The notes: generated by a model not told the origin, from the sequence alone. A DNA stretch of 52,441 nucleotides from Bacteroidota bacterium (GCA_043769975.1 JAYVIS010000044.1:1-52441), one strand, 5' to 3'. Counted from the first letter of the stretch, positions 36,709 through 45,828 are shown. Numbers and translations are program-made.

Positions 36709-37364
36709 TATTTATTTTCTATTTTATTTTGGTTGAGAAGTGTTTTCTTTTCATGCTTTAGTCTAAGATGCTGATATTCTTCTATTAATCTTTTTATTTC
36801 TGAAATATAGCGGGCATCATAATAACCTCTGATGTTTCGCTTAGTGTCAATAAGTGCAAAAAAACTATAATCAACATAAGAGGGTTTATGTATAAAGAAA
36901 GATTTGTTTAAACTATCAAACGAACGCGTTTCCCAATAATAATTATGCACTGAGGGTGATTTTTTAGTTAGTTGTTCAAATTCCCTGAAACAACTTTCAT
37001 TAGCTAATCCATCACACTCTGTTATTATTACAAATGGAATTTCTGAAATTTTTTCATTCTTAAACTGAATGTATTCGCTTAAACCAGCCATCCGATAATT
37101 ATCAGTGTTATAACTTTGTTTAATAAAACTAACGGCAAAAAGAGGATATTCAAGGGTATCTAATGTTATATCTTGTAAACCATTTCCTGATGCTTGGATT
37201 GTTTTGAAGGTTGTTGTGGTCTTGTAATAAACGGTATCTTTTCCATTAAGTTTTTTTGGACCAAACAATGGAAGTTTTTTGGAATTGATTGTACTTAATT
37301 CTAAAAATAGCCAGATAGAGGTTGGCAAAAAAAGAATTGATAAAAGGAATAATTTTTTTTTCAT
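36708..37364 (-). CDS. SCO-like paralogue lacking the CxxxC metal site
   Basis: Aligns by eye with the downstream SCO protein at both ends (KKLPLFGPKK vs KLLPVYGEKK; DTKRNIRGYYDARYISEIKRLIEE vs DAKKRIRGFYDGTDSVAVAKLIAD). It has SYNTDN where SCO has CESICP. Confidence 0.55.
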   Translation of the reverse strand: MKKKLFLLSILFLPTSIWLFLELSTINSKKLPLFGPKKLNGKDTVYYKTTTTFKTIQASGNGLQDITLDTLEYPLFAVSFIKQSYNTDNYRMAGLSEYIQFKNEKISEIPFVIITECDGLANESCFREFEQLTKKSPSVHNYYWETRSFDSLNKSFFIHKPSYVDYSFFALIDTKRNIRGYYDARYISEIKRLIEEYQHLRLKHEKKTLLNQNKIENK

Positions 37365-37366
37365 TT

Positions 37367-37801
37367 TTAAAAATCGCGGTTTAAATTACTTAATTCAATT
37401 TCTTGTTTTAAGCTTTCAAACATTAATTGTTTGTGAGATTTTCTGAGGCCAAAAATTGGCAACTTTTCTTGAGTATAATCATTATAAGTCATAATGATAT
37501 CATTGTTTTTTAATTCAACTAGTTTTATATCTAAATAATATATTTCTTTATTATAGATAAAAGACTGCTTAATTTCAAACCTAGTTTTATAAAATAATAC
37601 ATAAGGATTTAATATCAACCAAAGGGTCTGAATAGTTAAAATTAAACCAGGAATTGATACAAAAACACCCCAAGGACTTGGAATATTTAATACATAATAC
37701 CCTAAAATGTCAAAAGCAAGCGCTAAACATGCCCAAATGATAATAATAAGTGTATTTCGTTCGAAATAGCATTTTGGTTCCTCTTCAATATTGTTTTTCA
37801 C
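37367..37801 (-). CDS. Hypothetical membrane protein (two TM helices plus small soluble domain)
   Basis: 144 aa. First gene of the four-gene minus-strand run 37801-35660, with 0-2 nt gaps or 1 nt overlaps. Confidence 0.5.
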   Translation of the reverse strand: MKNNIEEEPKCYFERNTLIIIIWACLALAFDILGYYVLNIPSPWGVFVSIPGLILTIQTLWLILNPYVLFYKTRFEIKQSFIYNKEIYYLDIKLVELKNNDIIMTYNDYTQEKLPIFGLRKSHKQLMFESLKQEIELSNLNRDF

Positions 37802-37881
37802 ATTGCAAAGTTAGGAATTAAACTTCTTTAACTTTTAAATATGCCATTTATTTTTTATTATTGTATAACCAGTAAAATAAT

Positions 37882-37908
37882 TGTAACGAAAAGCTACAGT
37901 TTTACGTT
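37882..37908 (+). promoter_or_regulatory. ECF-sigma-type promoter TGTAAC-N17-CGTT
   Basis: TGTAAC at 37882-37887, 17 nt spacer, CGTT at 37905-37908, 19 nt upstream of the ATG at 37928. Confidence 0.5.
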
Positions 37909-37927
37909 ATAATAAAAAAGAAACGCC

Positions 37928-39466
37928 ATGTTAACCCACTTAAAACATACTTTCAAAACATCGTTTATAATGTTAGTTTTGATACTTGGTAACTCCTTAT
38001 TTGCTCAAAACGGACTTACTATTACGGACAATCCAGTAGCAGCTATGTTAGATAGTTTAGCTAACCAAAAAGTGTTAGAAAAGGCATTGGCTAAGCCAAT
38101 TTATCCAAAAACTAATAAATTCAAATATACAGAAGATAGTGTGCCGCGCTTCGAGGACTTTGTTTATGAAAGCCGTTTAGCAAAATTAGATGCCAATTCT
38201 CCTTTTGATTTAGTGTATAATCCTCATGTTAAAGGTTTTATCGAGTTATACGCTATGCGAAGACGCACATTGGTGAGCCGAATGATGGGTTTATCTCAAT
38301 TATATTATCCAATGTTTGAAGAAATTTTCGATAGACATAACATCCCATTAGAGTTAAAGCATTTGGCAGTTATCGAATCTGCGCTTAATCCAAATGCTCG
38401 TTCTAAATGTGGTGCAACTGGTTTATGGCAATTTATGTATCCTACAGGAAAAATGTATGGCTTAAGCGTAAACTCTTATATTGATGAACGTTCAAATGTA
38501 TATAAAGCAACTGAAGCCGCAGCTGAATATTTAAAAAGTTTATATGGTATGTTTGGAGATTGGCAAATGGTGTTAGCCGCTTATAATGCAGGCCCAGGAA
38601 CAATTAGTAAAGCAATTCGTAGAAGTGGAGGAAAAAAAACCTATTGGGAAATTCGTCCGTTTTTGCCCGCAGAAACACAAGCATATGTTCCTGCATTTAT
38701 TGCAGCTAATTATGTTATGAATTACCCTACAGAGCATAATATTTACGCATCTATGCCTCGTAAAACATATTTTGAGGTTGATACAGCAATAGTTAAAGAA
38801 ACGATGTCTTTCGAACAAATATCGGCCGCACTAGATGTTTCCTTAGAAGAAGTCATTTATTTTAATCCACAATATCGTAAAAACGTTATTCCTGAAGGTG
38901 GAAATGCTTTAACATTGCCAAAAGCTAAGATTGGAATGTTTTTAACCAATGAAACAGAAATTTATGCAGCAATTAAGTCGCAAAAACTAATTGTTCAAGA
39001 AAGTTCATTAGCTGTAAAAGAAGTGCAGAAAACTCATACAGTTCGAAATGGAGAAAAAATTAGCACAATTGCTCGCAAATATGGAGTAACGGTAGCTGAT
39101 TTAAAATCTTGGAATTACATAGGAAAGAAAGGAATACGCGCTGGCAAAAAACTTATTGTTTATGTGAAACAAACATCGCCTTCAAGCAATTCTAATACAG
39201 AAGTAAAATCAGACACCCCAAAAGACCCACAAACAAATGTTGCTTCAAAAACTGATTCAACAGTTGAAAGTAATAGCAAACAAAAATTAGCAGACAACAG
39301 TGGAAGTGCTAAATATCAATACCATAAAGTTGAAAAGGGCGAAACATTATATAAATTGTCTAAAAAGTATGGTATTAGCGTAAAAGATTTAAGTGAAATG
39401 AATAACCTAAATAATACTTCACAGTTACAACGAGGCCAAAGACTCAAAATTAAACAATCTTCATAA
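37928..39466 (+). CDS. Membrane-bound lytic murein transglycosylase (SLT domain + two LysM domains, MltD-like)
   Basis: AVIESALNPNARSKCGATGLWQFM and AYNAGPG (SLT). Two LysM repeats (HTVRNGEKISTIARKYGVTVADLKSWN; YHKVEKGETLYKLSKKYGISVKDLSEMN). Confidence 0.88.
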   Translation: MLTHLKHTFKTSFIMLVLILGNSLFAQNGLTITDNPVAAMLDSLANQKVLEKALAKPIYPKTNKFKYTEDSVPRFEDFVYESRLAKLDANSPFDLVYNPHVKGFIELYAMRRRTLVSRMMGLSQLYYPMFEEIFDRHNIPLELKHLAVIESALNPNARSKCGATGLWQFMYPTGKMYGLSVNSYIDERSNVYKATEAAAEYLKSLYGMFGDWQMVLAAYNAGPGTISKAIRRSGGKKTYWEIRPFLPAETQAYVPAFIAANYVMNYPTEHNIYASMPRKTYFEVDTAIVKETMSFEQISAALDVSLEEVIYFNPQYRKNVIPEGGNALTLPKAKIGMFLTNETEIYAAIKSQKLIVQESSLAVKEVQKTHTVRNGEKISTIARKYGVTVADLKSWNYIGKKGIRAGKKLIVYVKQTSPSSNSNTEVKSDTPKDPQTNVASKTDSTVESNSKQKLADNSGSAKYQYHKVEKGETLYKLSKKYGISVKDLSEMNNLNNTSQLQRGQRLKIKQSS

Positions 39467-39476
39467 ATTATTTAAA

Positions 39477-39505
39477 CCCTCTGATTTTCAGAGGGTTTTC
39501 TTTTT
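39477..39505 (+). terminator. Rho-independent terminator after the lytic transglycosylase gene
   Basis: Stem ccctctga (39477-39484), loop ttt, stem tcagaggg (39488-39495), followed by ttttcttttt. Confidence 0.8.
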
Positions 39506-39512
39506 AAATGAC

Positions 39513-39539
39513 TGTAACTTTTTAACTCTGAAGTACGTC
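39513..39539 (+). promoter_or_regulatory. ECF-sigma-type (probably autoregulatory) promoter TGTAAC-N17-CGTC
   Basis: TGTAAC at 39513-39518, 17 nt spacer, CGTC at 39536-39539, 23 nt upstream of the sigma gene start at 39563. Confidence 0.55.
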
Positions 39540-39562
39540 TTATCTATATTAAATAATTTTTT

Positions 39563-40048
39563 TTGACCGTAACCGAATATAATCAATGTGTTGACGACCA
39601 TCCTAATGGTTTGTATCGCTTTGTTTTAAAACATATAAGAGATGAAGATATTGCAAAAGATATTGTACAGGATACTTTCGAAAAAGTGTGGAGAAAAGTA
39701 AATGATATTGATGCCGCAAAATCAAAATCATACTTATTTACAGCAGCACATCATACGTTAATCGACTATACACGTAAGGCTAAAAAGCAAGGAAATTATA
39801 ATGAGGTGATTGAAAACAAACTTCAGCATCAAAATCAGTATTCTGATTTAAAAGAAATATTAAATAGTGCATTAGATAAATTACCAGAAATTCAAAAAAG
39901 CGTTGTTCTTTTGAGAGATTATGAAGGGTATGATTATATCGAAATTGGAAAAATAACAAATCTTAGCGAAAGTCAAGTTAAGGTATATATTTTTAGAGCA
40001 CGAGCGTTTTTAAAAAATTATATTGGGAAATTAGAAGTTGTTATATAG
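39563..40048 (+). CDS. ECF-type RNA polymerase sigma-70 factor
   Basis: Region 2 DIVQDTFEKVW...HTLIDYTRK. Region 4 VVLLRDYEGYDYIEIGKITNLSESQVKVYIFRARAFLK. TTG start. Confidence 0.85.
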   Translation: MTVTEYNQCVDDHPNGLYRFVLKHIRDEDIAKDIVQDTFEKVWRKVNDIDAAKSKSYLFTAAHHTLIDYTRKAKKQGNYNEVIENKLQHQNQYSDLKEILNSALDKLPEIQKSVVLLRDYEGYDYIEIGKITNLSESQVKVYIFRARAFLKNYIGKLEVVI

Positions 40049-41073
40049 TGGAAGAAATTAATATACATAATTACGAGGCGTTTTTACTTGATTATTGTGA
40101 AGGCGTTTTAACTGAGGAACAAATCTGTAATTTAGAATTGTTTGCCATGTTAAACCCAAATTTAGGAATAGATTTGAACGAATTGGATTTAGTAGAAATA
40201 TCTGACGATGTAATATGTTTCCAGGAAAAAACGCACCTCAAAAAAACAGATTCGGATTTAATTTCTGAAAATCAGTTTATTGGCTATGTCGAAAAACAAC
40301 TTTCCGAATTAGACATGATTCATGTAGAAAAAAGTTGTGCGCTTAATAGTAGTTTGGCCAAAGAATTAAATCTGTATAAAAGCACTTGTTTAGTTGCGGA
40401 TGAAACTATTATTTATCCCACTCCAAATATTTTGAAACGTAAGCCAAAAGTCATTTGGTATAATTTTTCAGTAAGCAAATTTGCAGCAGCAGCATCAATC
40501 GTTTTATTATTAGGGGTGGTTTTTGTTTGGAGTAAGTTCAATGCTGATATTAAACATAACGATAGTGTTGCACTAACTGAACACGTTAATATTGACATTA
40601 AGAAAGATATAAAGATTAATAGCGATAATGGCTTAACAGTTAAGCAGCCACCAATAACTACTAAAGTAAATTTAAAACATGTTACGTTAAATGGCAGTAA
40701 CAAAAAGTCATTTAATAAAGTTATAGCCCAAACAAGTGAAATTGAATTAAAAAAGGATACTAATGCAATACAATTGGCAAATAGCCAGCAAAATTTTGAT
40801 TTAATTACTAATGGCAAAAAGATTGATTTGGTGATGCCAATTGTAGAAAAGACAAAAAGTAGTGCCATGGTAAATGTTATTTCTGAAACTGAAACTCAAG
40901 AAGGGATTGATAATCAAAGAAAAAAGGGTGTATGGGCAATTGTTTGTAGAGCTTTAAATAAATTAAATAAACTGGGCATTAAATCCGTTAACGGAAATGC
41001 AAATGATAATACCGGTTATGCACTTAACCTGGGTGAATTATCTGTCAAGCATAATTCTGCTCGGGTAAATTAA
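40048..41073 (+). CDS. Putative anti-sigma factor (single-pass membrane protein)
   Basis: GTG start overlaps the sigma stop (TAGTG). N-terminal YEAFLLDYCEGVLTEEQ resembles Bacteroidota anti-sigma N-termini. One TM helix (FAAAASIVLLLGVVFVW). Confidence 0.5.
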   Translation: MEEINIHNYEAFLLDYCEGVLTEEQICNLELFAMLNPNLGIDLNELDLVEISDDVICFQEKTHLKKTDSDLISENQFIGYVEKQLSELDMIHVEKSCALNSSLAKELNLYKSTCLVADETIIYPTPNILKRKPKVIWYNFSVSKFAAAASIVLLLGVVFVWSKFNADIKHNDSVALTEHVNIDIKKDIKINSDNGLTVKQPPITTKVNLKHVTLNGSNKKSFNKVIAQTSEIELKKDTNAIQLANSQQNFDLITNGKKIDLVMPIVEKTKSSAMVNVISETETQEGIDNQRKKGVWAIVCRALNKLNKLGIKSVNGNANDNTGYALNLGELSVKHNSARVN

Positions 41074-41080
41074 ATTACTA

Positions 41081-41455
41081 TTATTTTAGTGTTGGGTAAA
41101 AGGCATCAATAATATGCTCTATAGAAAGCTCATTTGAGTTTTGAATTATGGAAATTATGTCAAAACGAACTTCGTGATTAATATTATTTTCTAAAACATA
41201 AGCATGCGCTGCTTTTATAGTATTTTTTTGTTTTTTTAAAGAAACAAAATCTTCTGGCTGACCAAATGCATTAGATGATCTTAACTTAACTTCAACAATT
41301 ACTAGCGTGTTGTTTATTGTAGCAATGAGGTCTATCTCTAAGTGCTTATATCTCCAGTTTTTTGACACTAAACTATATCCATTTTTTAGGAGATGTTCAA
41401 TTGCAAAATCTTCACCTGCTTTTCCTTTTTCATTATTATTTGACATAGTTTTCAT
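41081..41455 (-). CDS. YraN-family (UPF0102) endonuclease-like protein
   Basis: GEDFAIEHLLKNGYSLVSKNWRYKHLEIDLIA...VIVEVK, the restriction-endonuclease-like core of the YraN family. Confidence 0.8.
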   Translation of the reverse strand: MKTMSNNNEKGKAGEDFAIEHLLKNGYSLVSKNWRYKHLEIDLIATINNTLVIVEVKLRSSNAFGQPEDFVSLKKQKNTIKAAHAYVLENNINHEVRFDIISIIQNSNELSIEHIIDAFYPTLK

Positions 41456-41502
41456 ATATTGATAAATATAATTAATTTAGATAAATTTTTAAAACCATAT
41501 CG

Positions 41503-42147
41503 ATGAATAAAATTAAATTATTAGTAGCTAGTTTAACAATATCAATTTTTTCAATTGCTCAATCATTTGAAGGGAGCATTGAATTTAAAATGGAAACAAG
41601 TAAAGGGGACTCAACAACCAATATTTATTATGTAAAAGGAAATGATATTAAATTGGATCAAATAGGCCATAAATCTGGTAAGGTTGAAGGTAGTTTCATT
41701 TTCAATACAGCAACTAAAGAAATAAAATTTGTAAATCCTGTTCGAAAAATTTGGGGAGTAACGAATAGCGAAACAATGCCCATTATTATCGGGAAGTGTG
41801 TTGCTACAAAGGGACCTAATACAAAAACTATTCAAGGACAAAAATGCAGTGAATACGTTGTAAAAAACATAGAAGAAAATACTCAAATTACATATTGGAT
41901 TGTTTCTGGGAAATATGATTATTTTGTTCCTTTAGTAAAAATGTGGAATAGAAAGGATAAACAAAGTGTATATTTTAATCAAATTAAGGATTTACCAAAA
42001 GGTTCAATGCCTTTACTATCTGAAGAGAAAACGATTTCAGATGGCAAAATCCTTAGTAAATTAGAAGTTTCTAAAATAACTAAAACAAGTATCGATGAAT
42101 CGAAATTATCTGTACCTGCTGATTACAAAAAATTTGAACAAAAGTAA
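41503..42147 (+). CDS. Secreted protein, DUF4412-like
   Basis: Signal peptide. 214 aa. Family name recalled from overall pattern only. Confidence 0.45.
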   Translation: MNKIKLLVASLTISIFSIAQSFEGSIEFKMETSKGDSTTNIYYVKGNDIKLDQIGHKSGKVEGSFIFNTATKEIKFVNPVRKIWGVTNSETMPIIIGKCVATKGPNTKTIQGQKCSEYVVKNIEENTQITYWIVSGKYDYFVPLVKMWNRKDKQSVYFNQIKDLPKGSMPLLSEEKTISDGKILSKLEVSKITKTSIDESKLSVPADYKKFEQK

Positions 42148-42164
42148 ATGCTTTAGTAATTATT

Positions 42165-42198
42165 AAAAAACTCATAAATATTATTTATGAGTTTTTTT
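42165..42198. terminator. Bidirectional rho-independent terminator
   Basis: A6, then stem ctcataaat (42171-42179), loop att, stem atttatgag (42183-42191), then T7. Lies between convergent genes. Confidence 0.75.
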
Positions 42199-42210
42199 AT
42201 GCGCTATAAT

Positions 42211-42798
42211 TTATAATCCAATATTAAATCCAACCTGAATGATGGGATTTTGGTATGGTGAAAGTGGTGTTTGATTAACATTATAAAAAATCATTGCCAC
42301 TATTGTACCGTTGTCCGAAAATTGTTGCCTATATCCGGCCCCAATTAAAACATTGTCAACCCAAGCCCTGCTGTTTAAAATGCCAGTTCGATAATCAGGC
42401 ACACTTATTCTGTCCAATCCTACTTGCGCAAACAAGTTTTCCATTACGAAATATCGAGCAAACGCGCTCCCTCCATAAAGAGTAGAAACATATTTTTTTG
42501 CAACATAAGTTTGGCTATAATAATTATAAATTGCACCAACACCAACCGAAAACTGTTTGTTAATTTTTACACCAATTATTGGAGATAAGTTTACATATGT
42601 TGAGGTTCCAAACCAAGCACCCACTGTTCCTCCTAAATAAAGTCGGTCTTTGAATTTTTCAAATTCTTTAGGTGCGTTTGGATTTGTTTGCTGATAATTT
42701 GAAGGGGCAGGCAAAGGTGTGTCTTGTGCCAAGACTGAATTAACAGCAAGGCACAGCGTAACTAATAATTGAGAATAAGTATTTTTTATTAAAGCCAA
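42211..42798 (-). CDS. Small outer-membrane beta-barrel (porin-family) protein
   Basis: Signal peptide ending SVLAQ. Alternating strands. C-terminal QVGFNIGL. TTG start. Confidence 0.6.
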   Translation of the reverse strand: MALIKNTYSQLLVTLCLAVNSVLAQDTPLPAPSNYQQTNPNAPKEFEKFKDRLYLGGTVGAWFGTSTYVNLSPIIGVKINKQFSVGVGAIYNYYSQTYVAKKYVSTLYGGSAFARYFVMENLFAQVGLDRISVPDYRTGILNSRAWVDNVLIGAGYRQQFSDNGTIVAMIFYNVNQTPLSPYQNPIIQVGFNIGL

Positions 42799-42814
42799 TA
42801 GTTATAAGTTGATT

Positions 42815-43042
42815 TTAAGTGATATCCTCGTAGTCTACATATTCGCCATCACTAGGCTTGAAATGACTTTTTTGGTTTTTATTTAGATTTTCAATTTTTA
42901 CTTCACCTTCTTTTTTTTGATATGTTTGATTTTTGTGTGAATTTGACGCATTGGTATGATTAGTCTTTGTAACTAGTTTAAAAGCATCATATATCTTCCA
43001 AATAACCCATAAAACGATTATGGTCCAAATTACATCGCGCAC
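42815..43042 (-). CDS. Small membrane protein, DUF4834-like
   Basis: 75 aa. One N-terminal helix, a basic linker, and C-terminal DGEYVDYEDI, characteristic of that family (from memory). GTG start. Confidence 0.5.
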   Translation of the reverse strand: MRDVIWTIIVLWVIWKIYDAFKLVTKTNHTNASNSHKNQTYQKKEGEVKIENLNKNQKSHFKPSDGEYVDYEDIT

Positions 43043-43067
43043 TTTATTTATGATTAAATTATACTTA

Positions 43068-43075
43068 CAAAATTA
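43068..43075 (-). promoter_or_regulatory. -7 promoter box TAATTTTG
   Basis: Plus-strand caaaatta, 25 nt upstream of the GTG start at 43042 on the minus strand. Confidence 0.5.
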
Positions 43076-43133
43076 CGTTAATAATAAATAGAAAATTAAA
43101 ATTAACACAATTTATTATATGTGTTTGTTTTAA

Positions 43134-43170
43134 ATAAAAAACCCCCTCAGTTTGCTGAGAGGGTTTTTTT
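43134..43170. terminator. Rho-independent terminator after the OmpA-family gene
   Basis: Stems ccctcag / ctgagaggg (8 bp with one bulged A), 4 nt loop, flanked by an A run and a T7 run. Confidence 0.7.
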
Positions 43171-43183
43171 AGAGTCAATATTA

Positions 43184-45247
43184 TTATTCAACTATTTCTT
43201 CAGAATTTTCTTCACCTTTAACTTGTGGTTTGTAAATTGGTTTGTCAGATTTAGGAGCATTAGGATCTTGATAATCCCAGTTTAAGATACGGAATACAGT
43301 ACGACGATTTTTTTGGTGTAATGCCTCTTTCTCTTCTTTAGTTTTTGCTTTGTTAATTACATCATCTTTAACTAAATGTTTTTTCTCTCCCCAACCCTTA
43401 GACATTAAACGAGCTAAAGGAATTTTTTTCTCAATATTTAAATAATCAACACAAGACTTCGCACGAGCTTCAGATAACGCTTGGTTTTTCGCATCATTAC
43501 CACGACTATCCGTGTGAGCTTGTAATTCAATTACAATTCCTGGGTTATCAATCAAAGTTTGGTATAAGAAATTTAAAGAATCTTTAGATTCAGGTTTCAA
43601 ATCAGCTTTACCTAATTCATATAATACAGCAGGGAAACGAATTTCAGCTTTAACTGGTGTTAATGCAAAATCTTTCACAAAATCTTTCGATTCATTTTCT
43701 GCTACAGTAGTAAGTTTACCTAAATCTTGGTTAGCTAAGAACCCTAATTTAAAAGTTTGAGAAGTTGTGTTTTTATCAGTTGCAACAGTTACTTCGTAAG
43801 AAGTATTTTCTTTTAATTTAAAAGAATACTTACCATCAGCTGCTGTTTTTAATTCAAACATCTCTCCGCTTGAACCTTTTAAATGAATTAACGCATTTTG
43901 AACAGGCTCATTATTTTCTGCACTTACAACTGTTCCGTTTAAGTTAAATAATAATGGTGGTAAAACAAAAGAGTAGATATCATCACTTCCTTTACCGCCT
44001 TCACGATTTGAAGAAAAGTAACCTCTGATTTTTTTACCTTCAAAAATAATTCCGAAATCATCACCAGCTGAGTTCATTGGCGATTTTAAATTTTCTGGTG
44101 CTTTAGTGAATTTTCCACTTGCATCTTTTTCTGCCTTAAAAATATCTAAACCTCCCATACCTAAATGAAAATTTGAAGAGAAATATAATGTTTTATCATC
44201 ATCTGCAATATAAGGGAACATTTCGTCACCAGGAGTATTAATACTAGGACCACAATTTACTGGATCTCCCCAAGCTTTACCTTTATCATTATAAGTACTC
44301 ATCCAAATATCTTTTCCACCGTAACCACCAGGTAATTTAGAAGTAAAATAAAGAACTTTACCTGTTATGTTAATTGCTGGATGTGCAAAAGCGATTGAAT
44401 CAATGTTAAATGGTAGTTCTTCTGGCTCAGCCCAAGATGGACCTTGTTTTTTACACATGAATAATTGACATTTAAATTGTTTTCCTTTTCCTTCAGGGCA
44501 ACGAGTCATAAACATCATGTCACCTTTTTTAGAAACAGAAACAGAAGCTTCATTCATTTTTGAAACTATAGTTGTACCTAAAGGCCCTGGAGTACTCCAT
44601 TTTCCGTTTTTGTCTAATTTAGTCTCGTATAAATCAGAGTGATTTTGTCCGTTTGTTACGTCAATTCCACCTGTTCCACCTTGTCTTGTAGAAGTAAATA
44701 TTAATGTTGTGAATTTTTTATCTGCATAAGATGGGCTAAAATCTGATTCTTTAGAATTAATTAAAGCCATGTTCTCAACTTTTAAACGTGTTTCAGGCGT
44801 ATTTTTAGCATCTTTCCATTGTTGAGCTAATTCACATGATTTTACTCCGTTTTCTCCCTGTACATCAGAAGGCATTTCTTTTTTGTAGTTATTGTATTCT
44901 ACAATTGCTTCTGGGTATTTTTGTTGAGCTTTTAAACAATCAGCTAATTTTAATATCGCAATTGGGTCAGGATATTTTGCTTTTATTGCCTTACTATAAT
45001 AAGTTTCTGCTCCTTTCAAATCATTAATTTCATGATAAGAAACCGCAGTTTTAAATAAAATTTTTGCTTTTGAATCAGCTTTTTTAACCTTTGTATAGGC
45101 TTGTTTATAAAGCTCTATTGCGTTAAAATATTGGTGGTTTTCATATGCAATATCAGCATCTTTTAAATAATTTTTTTGTGCGCTTATTGAAAACACAAAT
45201 GCAATAACGGCTGTAGTGGTTAAAGCTAGTTTTTTGAAGTTTTTCAT
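43184..45247 (-). CDS. OmpA-family peptidoglycan-associated protein with TPR, PD40/WD40-like and CarboxypepD_reg-like regions
   Basis: Signal peptide. TPR-like N-terminus. Repeated ...LYFTS/LYFSSN PD40-like motifs. C-terminal LQAHTDSRGNDAKNQALSEARAKS OmpA_C domain. Confidence 0.85.
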   Translation of the reverse strand: MKNFKKLALTTTAVIAFVFSISAQKNYLKDADIAYENHQYFNAIELYKQAYTKVKKADSKAKILFKTAVSYHEINDLKGAETYYSKAIKAKYPDPIAILKLADCLKAQQKYPEAIVEYNNYKKEMPSDVQGENGVKSCELAQQWKDAKNTPETRLKVENMALINSKESDFSPSYADKKFTTLIFTSTRQGGTGGIDVTNGQNHSDLYETKLDKNGKWSTPGPLGTTIVSKMNEASVSVSKKGDMMFMTRCPEGKGKQFKCQLFMCKKQGPSWAEPEELPFNIDSIAFAHPAINITGKVLYFTSKLPGGYGGKDIWMSTYNDKGKAWGDPVNCGPSINTPGDEMFPYIADDDKTLYFSSNFHLGMGGLDIFKAEKDASGKFTKAPENLKSPMNSAGDDFGIIFEGKKIRGYFSSNREGGKGSDDIYSFVLPPLLFNLNGTVVSAENNEPVQNALIHLKGSSGEMFELKTAADGKYSFKLKENTSYEVTVATDKNTTSQTFKLGFLANQDLGKLTTVAENESKDFVKDFALTPVKAEIRFPAVLYELGKADLKPESKDSLNFLYQTLIDNPGIVIELQAHTDSRGNDAKNQALSEARAKSCVDYLNIEKKIPLARLMSKGWGEKKHLVKDDVINKAKTKEEKEALHQKNRRTVFRILNWDYQDPNAPKSDKPIYKPQVKGEENSEEIVE

Positions 45248-45296
45248 AGGTTTTATTAAACTTTATAGGATGCTAAGATATATAAATTTTTAAAAC

Positions 45297-45342
45297 AACA
45301 AAAATTTATTAACAAAAATCGAACTTAAGCTAACAAAAATCG
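45297..45342. repeat. Three copies of AACAAAAAT (two extended to TAACAAAAATCG) upstream of the OmpA-family gene
   Basis: Copies at 45297-45305, 45311-45319 and 45332-45340. The 12-mers at 45310-45321 and 45331-45342 are identical and 21 bp apart. Confidence 0.7.
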
Positions 45343-45357
45343 CTTTTTGTGTCTCAA

Positions 45358-45789
45358 TTAGGTTATTTGATAGCTTGTTTTTGTTTTTAAAGCCATATTC
45401 TCTTTCTTTCTCATCAAGTCAGAATCTAGTTTGGTTTTATCTTTGTAGCCACAAAGGTGTAAAATACCATGAATCATTACGCGATGAAGTTCTTCTTCAA
45501 AAGGGACTTGAAATTTTTTAGCGTTTTCCGAGACTCTTTCCACGCTAATAAAAATATCTGAATTAATTTTGGTTCCTTCTGTATAATCAAATGTGATGAT
45601 GTCAGTAAACGTATTGTGATTTAAATGTTTTATATTGATTTCAAGTAATTCCGCATCACTACAAAACACATAATTAATTGTTCCAATAATATGTTTTTCC
45701 TTTTCTGTTACGGACTTAATCCATAATTTAAGTTTAGCTTTTTCTTTTAGTTTAAATGGGATGCTTTGGTTGTTGAAGGAAATTGGCAT
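45358..45789 (-). CDS. ybeY: rRNA maturation endoribonuclease YbeY
   Basis: HRVMIHGILHLCGYKD zinc-binding motif. 143 aa. Confidence 0.9.
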   Translation of the reverse strand: MPISFNNQSIPFKLKEKAKLKLWIKSVTEKEKHIIGTINYVFCSDAELLEINIKHLNHNTFTDIITFDYTEGTKINSDIFISVERVSENAKKFQVPFEEELHRVMIHGILHLCGYKDKTKLDSDLMRKKENMALKTKTSYQIT

Positions 45790-45828
45790 TAACGTTTTTT
45801 GCTTTTAAAAGGGTTGTTATGTTTGAGA

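Noticed and set aside
1483-45027. About 25 further 60-150 aa ORFs in the track nested in or antisense to larger genes (e.g. 1483-1851, 5444-5794, 6261-6500, 8255-8488, 10499-10774, 13024-13518, 15332-15900, 17356-17838, 22777-23043, 26159-26392, 31120-31347, 32031-32528, 38573-38818, 40413-40868, 41611-41886, 44836-45027)
   Set aside because: Each overlaps a longer ORF whose product carries clear family motifs. The short products are low-complexity and lack signals, motifs or their own promoter boxes.
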